A DNA stretch of 24,000 bases from Acetobacterium bakii (lineage in GTDB: Bacteria > Bacillota > Clostridia > Eubacteriales > Eubacteriaceae). Below the pieces are notes generated by a model, which searched no databases, had not been told where the DNA came from, and worked only from the letters and a program-made list of their open reading frames with translations. Shown piece by piece: positions 9,215-17,858 of the stretch. The translations under genes and the position numbers were made by a program. Every line of letters starts with the position of its first letter. Positions within the stretch are counted from its first letter, which is position 1. Location: assembly GCF_001263355.1 (NCBI RefSeq), contig NZ_LGYO01000001.1, positions 6,340 to 30,339 on the forward strand, in the 5' to 3' direction.

Positions 9215-10110
9215 TGTTAGATTTTGAATCAGCATTGAAGGAGAAGGTAAAGCGAATCAACGAGAATCTGGAGGCGGCCTTCCAACAAACCCCGGATATT
9301 CCCCCGGTGATTTTGGAATCCATGAAATATAGCCTTCAGGCCGGCGGTAAGCGGCTGCGACCGATGCTGATGATTGAAACCTGTCGATCCCTGGACGGGG
9401 ATGTGGCGGTGGTGATGCCACTGGCTCTGGCTATCGAAATGATTCACACCTACTCGCTGATTCATGATGATTTGCCAGCCATGGATAATGATGATTTAAG
9501 ACGGGGAAAACCCACCAATCATAAGGTTTATGGTGATGCCATTGCCATACTGGCCGGCGATGGACTGCTTAACTATGCCATGGAAACCATGCTTCAGGGT
9601 GCGGAAGGTCTTTATGGTGAAATGTTGATTCGATACATTGATGCCATGAAGACCATTATGAGTGCTTCCGGTATTTCCGGCATGATCGGTGGCCAGGTTG
9701 CGGATATGCAAAGCGAAAATCGGGTTATTTCCATGGATGAAATGGATTATATTCATTTGCATAAAACCGGTGCGCTACTGGAAGCCGCGGTGGATTGTGG
9801 CTGTATCATTGCAGATGCAGAGCCCGCAACCAGGGGCCGATTAACGACCTATGGTCATCATATCGGTCTGGCTTTTCAGATTGTCGATGACATTCTGGAT
9901 ATTGAAGGTAATGTGGGGGATCTCGGCAAACCCATTGGCAGTGATGAAAAAAATCACAAATCAACCTTTGTGACCTTGTATGGATTGGAGGCTTCTAAAA
10001 TTCGGGTGACTGAATTGCATTCGGAAGCTTTAGAGATGCTTAAGCCGATTGGGCAAAAAACAAAATTTCTTCAGGAATTGGCAGAGTATATCTGCACCCG
10101 GAGAAATTAA
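9214..10110 (+). CDS. ispA: Polyprenyl (farnesyl/geranyl-type) diphosphate synthase
   Basis: GGKRLRPML, first Asp-rich motif DDLPAMDNDDLRRGKPT, second motif QIVDDILDIEG; overlaps the xseB stop. Confidence 0.94.
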   Translation: MLDFESALKEKVKRINENLEAAFQQTPDIPPVILESMKYSLQAGGKRLRPMLMIETCRSLDGDVAVVMPLALAIEMIHTYSLIHDDLPAMDNDDLRRGKPTNHKVYGDAIAILAGDGLLNYAMETMLQGAEGLYGEMLIRYIDAMKTIMSASGISGMIGGQVADMQSENRVISMDEMDYIHLHKTGALLEAAVDCGCIIADAEPATRGRLTTYGHHIGLAFQIVDDILDIEGNVGDLGKPIGSDEKNHKSTFVTLYGLEASKIRVTELHSEALEMLKPIGQKTKFLQELAEYICTRRN

Positions 10111-10121
10111 AAGGCGTTTTC

Positions 10122-10150
10122 TTGTTTTGGAAAAACAGCTATGTTATAAT
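10122..10150 (+). promoter_or_regulatory. Sigma-A promoter driving the OLE RNA
   Basis: TTGTTT (10122-10127), 17-nt spacer, TATAAT (10145-10150), directly upstream of the structured non-coding region. Confidence 0.7.
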
Positions 10151-10156
10151 AAGAGT

Positions 10157-10735
10157 ATATCAGGTGGTGCAGTATTCTAGTCGGCACTGTCGACCTTCAG
10201 GGCGGGCCTAAAAATCCGTCGAAGGGCATATCGATGAAGTCCCTTGTTTTGGCTTTTGACGCCCAGTTGAGGGCTGATTCAGGGGGTTAAGGAGGATGGG
10301 GCGATCCGCAATGGCATGCGGGCGTTGACCCTGCCTCCGTGGAGACCCGCATTTGCGGGAGTAACCTGTGAACGTGTTACCGCGAGGAGATACTGCAACA
10401 GTGTAGCCTGCCTTGAGTGGCTTAGGTGGATGGATTGACAGTTTCATAAGTTAATTGGGCCCAATGCTTAGAAATATTGCTATTCGAAACCTAATCTGCA
10501 AAAGAGGCTAAGGGTCGATTTGTGTTGCCGAGGAAAACTCCTAGGCTGTTCGAAAGAAGTATGATGGGGATTATGGTGTGCACTCAGTGGTAATTCAGTC
10601 TTGCATATGGCGACAATGCAAAATGCATAATAAAGGGAAACCGCTGGGACGGCGACGTCCCAGTCGTGCATTGGGAAATCCTGCTGGACCTAAGTCGCAA
10701 AGTTTACTTATCGTGCTGCCATCTGCTATAATAAA
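10157..10735 (+). ncRNA. ole: OLE RNA (ornate, large, extremophilic) candidate; 5' and 3' ends approximate
   Basis: ~700-nt gap with no credible ORF between ispA and an OapA-like membrane protein, the diagnostic OLE neighbourhood (nusB-xseAB-ispA ... tlyA-nadK-argR-recN). GC-richer and structured: ctgggacg-GCGA-cgtcccag hairpin with GNRA loop (10644-10663), cccgcatttgcggg-type pairings, possible 5'/3' closing stem caggtgg (10161-10167) / ccatctg (10719-10725). Confidence 0.85.
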
Positions 10736-10814
10736 TTATTTGAGGAATTATGATGTTTCATAGTTCCTTTTGTTGTATAATAATGTATAAATAGTCATTG
10801 ACCCAGGAGTGTTC

Positions 10815-11387
10815 ATGAAAAAAAAATTAACAAAAAAAGAATTAAAAGAGAAGCGTCATCGTCGGTGGGTTGTTAATATTACAATCGCCACTTTTTTTAT
10901 GACCCTGCTCATCAGTTATATTTCGGATGTTTTATTATCCAATACACCTATTTTTGCTGCATTTATTATTTTGCTGGTTATTATCAGCCTGGGTATCCTT
11001 TCGGATATTGTCGGCATTGCCGTAACGGCGGTGAGCATCGAACCATTTAATGCGATGGCATCCAAAAGAATAAAGGGCGCAAAAACATCGGTAGCGCTTG
11101 TTAAAGATGCCTCCCGGGTTTCAAACTTCTGTAATGATGTGGTTGGGGATATCTGCAGCATCGTCAGCGGGGTGATCAGCATCACTATTGTGATTCAGCT
11201 GGGGAACCATTACCCACTCATGAACGTGGCGTTGATGACACTGATTCTCAGCAGCGTTGTTGCCTGTTTTACCGTTGGGGGAAAAGCGCTGGGAAAAGAT
11301 GTTGCCATGAAAAACGGCACCAGCATTATTCATGGTTTATCGGTAATCATTGCCAGTGTTAAAATAGCCATTAGAGGCAAAGAATAA
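10815..11387 (+). CDS. oapA: OLE-associated membrane protein OapA-like
   Basis: ~190 aa, Lys/Arg-rich N-terminus (MKKKLTKKELKEKRHRRW) followed by several hydrophobic segments; directly 3' of the OLE RNA candidate; SD aggag before ATG 10815. Confidence 0.82.
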   Translation: MKKKLTKKELKEKRHRRWVVNITIATFFMTLLISYISDVLLSNTPIFAAFIILLVIISLGILSDIVGIAVTAVSIEPFNAMASKRIKGAKTSVALVKDASRVSNFCNDVVGDICSIVSGVISITIVIQLGNHYPLMNVALMTLILSSVVACFTVGGKALGKDVAMKNGTSIIHGLSVIIASVKIAIRGKE

Positions 11388-11391
11388 AAAA

Positions 11392-12249
11392 ATGAAAACC
11401 ACAAAAGGAAAAGAGGAAAATTTGAAAGAACGTTTAGATAAATTATTAGTTGCCCAGGGTCACTTTGACACCCGGGAGCGAGCCAAAAAAGCAATTATGG
11501 CAGGGCTTATTCAGGTGAATGAGCAGATCAAGGATAAAGCCGGAGACCTTGTGGACACTGAAGCGACGATTCTGATAAAGGGCAGTGATATGCCCTATGT
11601 GAGCCGGGGTGGTTTAAAGCTGGAAAAAGGGCTGGCGACATTTTCATTGCCGGTTGCCGGGAATACCTTCATCGATATTGGCTCTTCAACCGGGGGATTT
11701 ACCGATTGCTTACTGCAAAACGGGGCCAAAAAGGTTTATTCTGTGGATGTTGGCTATGGTCAGCTGGATTGGAAACTGCGCAATGATGAACGGGTGGTTT
11801 CCATGGAGCGCACCAATTTTCGCCATCTCACCGGGGACGATTTCCCAGAAATGGTGGATGGCACCGTAATGGATGTGTCTTTTATTTCCATTATAAAATT
11901 ATTTGACGCCATTCAGGCCGTTATGAAACCCGGGGCCCTGGGTATTTGGCTGATTAAACCGCAGTTTGAAGCCGGCCGTGGGCGGATTGGCAAAAACGGT
12001 GTGGTCCGGGAAAAAAAAATCCATGAAGATGTTTTATTACAGGTGCTGACGGCCATTGATCAGCATGGCTTTACGGTGAAGGGTCTGGATTATTCGCCGA
12101 TACAGGGACCAAAGGGGAATATTGAATTTCTTGTTTTCGTTGAAAATAAACAAACAGATAGCGAATTTGAATGGTCCCAAAAGATTGAAAACGTAGTAAA
12201 AATAGCCCATGAAAACTGTCGAAAGAAAAAGGAACCATTAGCCGAATAG
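11392..12249 (+). CDS. tlyA: TlyA family RNA (2'-O) methyltransferase
   Basis: S4 domain (ERLDKLLVAQGHFDTRERAKKAIMAGLIQVNEQ) plus FtsJ/RrmJ domain (FIDIGSSTGGFTDCLLQNGAKKVYSVDVGYGQLDWKLR). A TTG start slightly downstream is also possible. Confidence 0.93.
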   Translation: MKTTKGKEENLKERLDKLLVAQGHFDTRERAKKAIMAGLIQVNEQIKDKAGDLVDTEATILIKGSDMPYVSRGGLKLEKGLATFSLPVAGNTFIDIGSSTGGFTDCLLQNGAKKVYSVDVGYGQLDWKLRNDERVVSMERTNFRHLTGDDFPEMVDGTVMDVSFISIIKLFDAIQAVMKPGALGIWLIKPQFEAGRGRIGKNGVVREKKIHEDVLLQVLTAIDQHGFTVKGLDYSPIQGPKGNIEFLVFVENKQTDSEFEWSQKIENVVKIAHENCRKKKEPLAE

Positions 12250-12252
12250 GAT

Positions 12253-13128
12253 GTGAATGTGGTGAATTATTACACTAAAGAAGTTGGCATTTACTTTAAT
12301 ATGGAAAAACCGGACAGCCAGGTTTTAGGTAAAAATTGCATTGAGTTTTTGTTGAATCGGGGATTTAAAATTGCTTTGCTTAGAGGCCAAATTCAGTATG
12401 AGAATGAATTGGTGAATTATTATTCAAAAGGGGTATTTTTCAGAAAGCCGGATTGCATTCTGGTGCTCGGCGGTGATGGCACCTTATTATCGGTCGCCCG
12501 GCAATGCTGTTTTTACCGAGTCCCGATTTTTGGGATCAACCTGGGCAAGCTGGGCTTTTTAACGGAGGGTGAGGCCAATCATTATGAGGAAACCCTGGAG
12601 AGTTTCACCAAGGGTGATTATTACATCGAAGAGCGGATGATGCTAAGCTGTACCATTAAGAAAGAGAATGAATGTTCCCGGGAATACGTGGCATTGAATG
12701 ATGTGCTGGTGAAAAGTCGGGGTTTTCGGATGATGGATATCCAGGCTAACGCCAGTGGATCCACCATTGATACCATCCGGGCAGACGGCCTCATTATTTC
12801 AACCCCTACCGGTTCCACCGGGTATTCACTGGCAGCTGGAGGACCGGTGGTGGCGCCGCAAACAGATGTGATGATTCTTAATCCGATCTGCCCTCACCGG
12901 CTCCATGACCGTTCATATGTATTGCCCGGGGATGAAGTGATCACATTGGAATTTGGCGACCGGGAAAAAGAAATTATGGTCATCCTGGATGGACAAACCA
13001 ATGTGGCCATAAAACCCGAGGATGGGGTTCGGGTTGAAAAATCAATTTATTCCACAAGGCTGATTCGGCTCAATAAAATGAGCTATTTTGATCGGTTACG
13101 AGTGAAACTGTCCAATGATATAGTATAA
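12253..13128 (+). CDS. nadK: NAD(+) kinase
   Basis: CILVLGGDGTLLSVAR, GINLGKLGFLTEGE, ADGLIISTPTGSTGYSLAAGGPVV. Confidence 0.95.
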   Translation: MNVVNYYTKEVGIYFNMEKPDSQVLGKNCIEFLLNRGFKIALLRGQIQYENELVNYYSKGVFFRKPDCILVLGGDGTLLSVARQCCFYRVPIFGINLGKLGFLTEGEANHYEETLESFTKGDYYIEERMMLSCTIKKENECSREYVALNDVLVKSRGFRMMDIQANASGSTIDTIRADGLIISTPTGSTGYSLAAGGPVVAPQTDVMILNPICPHRLHDRSYVLPGDEVITLEFGDREKEIMVILDGQTNVAIKPEDGVRVEKSIYSTRLIRLNKMSYFDRLRVKLSNDIV

Positions 13129-13154
13129 CGTTAAAATGACTACCGGGGGGAAAA

Positions 13155-13604
13155 ATGAAAATTGCAAGACAATTAAAAATAATCGAAATAATTGAAAGTA
13201 AAGTGATTGAAACCCAGGAAGAACTTGCTCAGTCCCTCAAGGATATTGGCTTTGCCGTGACTCAGGCAACGATTTCCAGGGACATCAAGGAGCTCAAGCT
13301 AATCAAGGTAATGAGCAACGATGGGATTTCGCATTATGCACCGCTGAAAGATATGAGTGCCATTTACAATGAACGGGTAACTGCGGTTTTTAGAGAATCG
13401 GTTCTAACCGTGGATTATGTTGAAAACAATATTGTCTTAAGAACCCTGCCGGCCATGGCCCAGGCTGCGGCTTTGGCCATTGACGGCCTGGAGTGGACGG
13501 AAGTGGTGGGTACTATTGCCGGGGATGATACCATCTTTGTTTTAATCCGCAACCGTGACATTGTGCCGGAAATTGTCGGCAAGTTTAAAAAGCTGATGAA
13601 ATAA
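13155..13604 (+). CDS. argR: Arginine repressor
   Basis: 149 aa: winged-HTH FAVTQATISRDIKELKLIKV, C-terminal GTIAGDDTIFVLIRN. Confidence 0.96.
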   Translation: MKIARQLKIIEIIESKVIETQEELAQSLKDIGFAVTQATISRDIKELKLIKVMSNDGISHYAPLKDMSAIYNERVTAVFRESVLTVDYVENNIVLRTLPAMAQAAALAIDGLEWTEVVGTIAGDDTIFVLIRNRDIVPEIVGKFKKLMK

Positions 13605-13616
13605 GGGAGGCTTCCG

Positions 13617-15356
13617 ATGCTGAGAAATCTCGTTGTCAAAGACTATGCACTGATTGAAAATTTAAGCGTTGATTTTAGCAATGGCCTGAATGTCATAACC
13701 GGTGAAACCGGTGCCGGCAAATCCATTGTGATTGATGCTTTGTCAATGGTGCTTGGGAACCGTGGGAATAAAAGCAACATTCGCCAGGGTGAAACTAAAA
13801 TGATTGTTCAGGGACTCTTCGATATCAGCGATCAATCTGAGATTTTAGAAAGATGTGGTATATTTGGTGTACCCATTGAGGATGGTCAATTAATTTTAAC
13901 CCGGGAAATGGATAGTCATGGTCGTAATTTATGCCGGGCCAACGGCATCATCATCACGGTCTCGCAGCTTAAAACCCTGGGGAACAGTTTAATGGATATC
14001 CATGGCCAGCATGAACATCAATCCCTGTTTCAGCGGGATAATCATCGCCAGCTGCTGGATGCTTTCGGCGGAGAGAAAAGCCAAAAATATCTTAAAGAAA
14101 TTGCTTCTTACGCCAATGCGCTTAAAAATATTCAAATTCAAATCGATGATTTGGAAGTGAATGAGCGGGAATTGGAACGGGAAAAAGAAACCCTCCAGTT
14201 TGAAATCGATGAAATTGAAAAAGCAGGATTGGAAATTGGCGAAGATGAGCGTCTTGAAGGTGAGAAACGGATTCTTGAAAACCGAGAACGGCTTTTTTCA
14301 AACATCAATGGGGCCTATGAACTGTTGCGGGGCGAAGGGCCGGAGCAGACCCCGATTATTGATGCGCTGGGGCAGCTTCAGGAAAATATTTCGGAAATTG
14401 CTAAAATTGATAATAGTTTTTTGCCAAAGCTGGAATTATTAAATGGTGTATTCAGTGAGATTGAAAGTCTTTCTTTTGAAATCAGAAGCTATCTGGAGGA
14501 TCTGGAATTTAATCTTGGTGACTTGGATGAAATTGAAGGTCGGCTTGCTCTCATCAGTCGGATGAAACGAAAATACGGCCAGGATATTTCTGAGATTCTG
14601 GCTTACGCGGATACTATTAGCGAACGACTGACAAATCTGCTTAACCGTGATGAAAATCTTCAGTCCTATTATGAAGAATTAGAGAAAACCCGGAAAAAGT
14701 ATTCTGAGATTGGCAGACAGCTTCATGCTCTTCGAGTAAAATCTGGCGGGAACCTAAAAAAATCGTTGGAAAATGAATTGCAGGATCTGGCCATGGAAAA
14801 AGCCCAGGTGGAAATTTTAGTAGATTATGATACCCAGCGAATCAGTGCCAAAGGACAGGATATTGTGGAGTTTTTAATTTCGGTTAATCCTGGTCAACTG
14901 CCAAAGCCTTTGGGAAAAATTGCTTCGGGTGGTGAAATATCCCGAATTATGCTGAGCATCAAAAGTATTTTTGGGAGTATGGATGCCATTGAAACCATGG
15001 TTTTTGATGAGATCGATACCGGAATCAGCGGACGGACGGCTCAGGTGGTAGCCGAGAAAATCCAGGCTTTATCGGCGACCCCGCCAAAAGGCCGACAAAT
15101 TATCTGTATTACGCATTTACCGCAAATTGCGGCCATGGCAGATCAGCACTTTATGGTGGAAAAACGCACCGGGGAAGCATCGGTTGACGTCAGTTTTGTG
15201 CCTTTGGATGAAAAGGGTAAAAAAGAAGAGCTTTCCCGAATGCTGGGCGGAGCAGAGGTTACCCGAAAAACCTGGGAACACGCCCAGGAAATGCTGGAAT
15301 TGAGCCAAAAAATAAAAAAAGACAAAAAAAGCAAAGAGAACAAAATATTGCCTTAA
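13617..15356 (+). CDS. recN: DNA repair protein RecN
   Basis: MLRNLVVKDYALIENLSVDFSNGLNVITGETGAGKSIVIDAL; LGKIASGGEISRIMLSIKSI; TMVFDEIDTGISGRTAQVV; adjacent to argR. Confidence 0.97.
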   Translation: MLRNLVVKDYALIENLSVDFSNGLNVITGETGAGKSIVIDALSMVLGNRGNKSNIRQGETKMIVQGLFDISDQSEILERCGIFGVPIEDGQLILTREMDSHGRNLCRANGIIITVSQLKTLGNSLMDIHGQHEHQSLFQRDNHRQLLDAFGGEKSQKYLKEIASYANALKNIQIQIDDLEVNERELEREKETLQFEIDEIEKAGLEIGEDERLEGEKRILENRERLFSNINGAYELLRGEGPEQTPIIDALGQLQENISEIAKIDNSFLPKLELLNGVFSEIESLSFEIRSYLEDLEFNLGDLDEIEGRLALISRMKRKYGQDISEILAYADTISERLTNLLNRDENLQSYYEELEKTRKKYSEIGRQLHALRVKSGGNLKKSLENELQDLAMEKAQVEILVDYDTQRISAKGQDIVEFLISVNPGQLPKPLGKIASGGEISRIMLSIKSIFGSMDAIETMVFDEIDTGISGRTAQVVAEKIQALSATPPKGRQIICITHLPQIAAMADQHFMVEKRTGEASVDVSFVPLDEKGKKEELSRMLGGAEVTRKTWEHAQEMLELSQKIKKDKKSKENKILP

Positions 15357-15420
15357 CATTTTAAGGTTTATTGGTTAAAATGGAGATTGTTAAAAATATA
15401 TTTAAGTAAGGAGAAATAAT

Positions 15421-15990
15421 ATGGAACGAAAAGTGCCCATTGGGCTATCAAACAAACATATTCATGTATCACAGGCAGATTTAGAGGTTTTATTTGGAAA
15501 AGGTTACCAATTAACTCCAATGAAGGATTTATCACAGCCGGGACAATTTGCAGCTGAAGAAAAGGTTGATGTTGTTGGACCTAAGTCTACCATCAAAGGG
15601 ATTCGAATTCTGGGACCTGTTCGACCACAGACTCAGTTGGAAGTTTCCATTGGCGATGGTTTTTGTTTAGGCATTAAAGCACCGCTTAGAAATTCAGGCG
15701 ATATTGCCGATACTCCAGGCGTAAAAGTAGTAGGACCGGTCGGAGAAGTTGAAATTCCGTGTGGAGCCATTGTTGCTGCCCGTCATATTCATATGAGTCC
15801 TGAAGAAGGCGCTGCTTTTGGATTAAAGGACAAAGATATTGTTTCAGTTCAATTGGATGGTCCTCGCGGCTTAATCCTAAATAATGTGTTAGTACGTGTT
15901 CATCCGGAATTTAAACTGGATATGCATCTTGATGTAGAAGAAGGAAATGCTGCCGGCGCCAGAAACGGCCAAATGGCAACCATCCTCTAA
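15421..15990 (+). CDS. pduL: Phosphate propanoyltransferase / PduL-type phosphotransacylase
   Basis: PIGLSNKHIHVSQADLEVLFG, LGPVRPQTQLEVS, AARHIHMSPEEGAAFGLKDKDIVSV, the tandem PduL HxH-containing motifs. Confidence 0.93.
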   Translation: MERKVPIGLSNKHIHVSQADLEVLFGKGYQLTPMKDLSQPGQFAAEEKVDVVGPKSTIKGIRILGPVRPQTQLEVSIGDGFCLGIKAPLRNSGDIADTPGVKVVGPVGEVEIPCGAIVAARHIHMSPEEGAAFGLKDKDIVSVQLDGPRGLILNNVLVRVHPEFKLDMHLDVEEGNAAGARNGQMATIL

Positions 15991-15992
15991 TC

Positions 15993-16775
15993 ATGCAAGC
16001 ACTGGACCCTATAGCCTTTTCTGCATTTGGATTTGATGTGCGGTGGTATGGGATTCTCATCGCTTCCGCATTACTCATCGGATTATTTATCGGTATTAAA
16101 CGTGCTCCGAAATATGGAATTGACCCGGATCTTGTTCTTGATTTCTTTCTGTATATGACTCCGGCAGTGGTGATCGGTGCACGACTCTACTATGTTATTT
16201 TTAATTTTAGCTACTATGCAGCCAATCCAACGGAAATATTAGCCACCTGGCATGGCGGTCTAGCCATTCATGGTGGAATTATTGCCGGGGTAATTGTGGG
16301 ATATATATTGTGTCGGGTTAAAAAGATTAATTTTCTGAGCTTTACTGATATGATCATTCCTGGTTTGCCCCTTGGGCAGGCCATTGGGCGATGGGGGAAT
16401 TATTTCAACCAGGAGGCTTATGGGGTTCAAACAGATTTGCCCTGGGCAATTACTGTGAATGATGCGGTTCTGGGAATGATCCGGGTTCATCCCACATTCC
16501 TGTATGAATCGATCTGGAACTTTTGTATCTTTGGCTTTCTGTTTTTCTACGAAAGCAAGTTAAAAAAGGTTAATGGCGAATTATTCTTTGTCTACCTTGG
16601 CTTATATTCTATTGGCCGATTTTTCATCGAAGGACTAAGAACGGACAGTCTCATGTTTATGGGACTCCGAACAGCTCAGCTTGCCAGTTTAATATTGGTA
16701 ATCGTCGGCTTCGGCGGACTTGTGCTGCTGCGAAAATATCCGGACCGATTTAAAGCATTACCCTGGAAAAAATAA
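15993..16775 (+). CDS. lgt: Prolipoprotein diacylglyceryl transferase
   Basis: WYGILIASALLIG, HGGLAIHGGIIAG, GQAIGRWGNYFNQEAYG signature, YESIWNF, GLRTDSL. Confidence 0.95.
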   Translation: MQALDPIAFSAFGFDVRWYGILIASALLIGLFIGIKRAPKYGIDPDLVLDFFLYMTPAVVIGARLYYVIFNFSYYAANPTEILATWHGGLAIHGGIIAGVIVGYILCRVKKINFLSFTDMIIPGLPLGQAIGRWGNYFNQEAYGVQTDLPWAITVNDAVLGMIRVHPTFLYESIWNFCIFGFLFFYESKLKKVNGELFFVYLGLYSIGRFFIEGLRTDSLMFMGLRTAQLASLILVIVGFGGLVLLRKYPDRFKALPWKK

Positions 16776-16806
16776 AAAGACTGCCTTTCGAGGCAGTCTT
16801 TTTTTG
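16776..16806 (+). terminator. Rho-independent terminator after lgt
   Basis: aaaaagactgcctttcgaggcagtctttttt. Confidence 0.93.
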
Positions 16807-17261
16807 ATAAGCTACCGTACCGGCAATTTCAATCAGTTTTTTTTCCTCTTCTTCTGTTCTTTCTTCCATTTCTTATCCCTGCGGATATCACTGCCTCCGA
16901 TAGGGAGCAGTACAATAAATAACATTTTTTTGCCAAAATAGGAGAATTATGCCAAAATATAAAAATTTATTTTTATTTATATGAGATTTCAATTAATGCA
17001 TTGCAATACTACAAAGTTTTCTATTTGCATTTCCTATAATTAACCCAAAAATCTTAGTATAATATGTAAAGGTGTAATCGGATGGATCAATGGAATGGAC
17101 AACCTTTTTTATTGACATCAATACCGACAAAAAATTGCCCAACATTAAAATTACTTCATTAATGGTTACAGCATTCAGTGTTGTATGGTTTTTTGCACGC
17201 AGCATAGTGTTATAGTATCCCTTTATTAACCTGAATTTATGATGAAAGGAAGGATAATTGA

Positions 17262-17858
17262 ATGTTAGCAGGCATTGTGCTGGCAGCGGGTCTTTCTTCT
17301 CGAATGGGAGCAGAAAAGATGCTTTTGCCTTTTGGAGAAGGCACTGTTTTAGAGGCCGCAATATCGCGTATTCCAAATGATGTGTTAGACCAGCTTCTTG
17401 TGGTTACCCGCCAGGAGATTTGGGATGCAGTTGAGTTACCCCAAATTACATCGTTTATTTTGAATCGATCGCCGGAAAAAGGTCAAGCTGAATCTCTGCA
17501 ATTGGGCATCGCTTATCTTCGTTCTAATTTTTCATATTGTCAGGGAATTTTGATATTCTTAGGGGATCATCCTCTTACTAATCCCAGATTGATTTGCGAT
17601 GTTGTTAGGATCTTAGAGGAAAACCCAAAAGCCATCGTTCTGCCAGAATACCATGGTATCATTGGACATCCAGTCGCATTCGGTTCAAAATGGTTTTCTT
17701 ATCTTGAAAACCAGAATGGCGACATGGGGGGGCGGAGGCTTATTGTAGAATATCCCGAAGCGGTGATCCGTATTCCGGGAGATGAGACCTGTATTATGGA
17801 CATGGATTCAAAAGCAGACTATAGGAGGATATTGAACTATGCCGAAAAATATCAGTGA
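17262..17858 (+). CDS. MobA-like NTP transferase / molybdenum cofactor cytidylyltransferase-family protein
   Basis: GIVLAAGLSSRMGAEKMLLPFGEGTVLEAA; FLGDHPLTNP; SD aaaggagg; overlaps yqeB. Confidence 0.88.
   Translation: MLAGIVLAAGLSSRMGAEKMLLPFGEGTVLEAAISRIPNDVLDQLLVVTRQEIWDAVELPQITSFILNRSPEKGQAESLQLGIAYLRSNFSYCQGILIFLGDHPLTNPRLICDVVRILEENPKAIVLPEYHGIIGHPVAFGSKWFSYLENQNGDMGGRRLIVEYPEAVIRIPGDETCIMDMDSKADYRRILNYAEKYQ

Noticed and set aside
10208-10763. ORF-track ORFs within the OLE region (10208..10447 -, 10480..10671 -, 10578..10763 +)
   Set aside because: No SD signals, low-complexity/atypical composition, mutually overlapping on both strands; the region is better explained as structured RNA.
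10754-10781. Possible separate promoter for oapA with TATAAT at 10776-10781
   Set aside because: The -10 is perfect but no credible -35 exists at 16-18 nt; could be chance in an AT-rich stretch, so not listed as a feature.
10111-10808. Idea that a dxs gene is degraded between ispA and tlyA
   Set aside because: dxs often occupies this position in Clostridia, but no dxs-like coding remnants are visible; the gap fits OLE RNA + oapA and dxs is probably elsewhere.
16993-17376. 127-aa minus-strand ORF overlapping the start of the MobA-like gene
   Set aside because: Overlaps a well-supported CDS, no recognisable domain, AT-rich composition; likely spurious.
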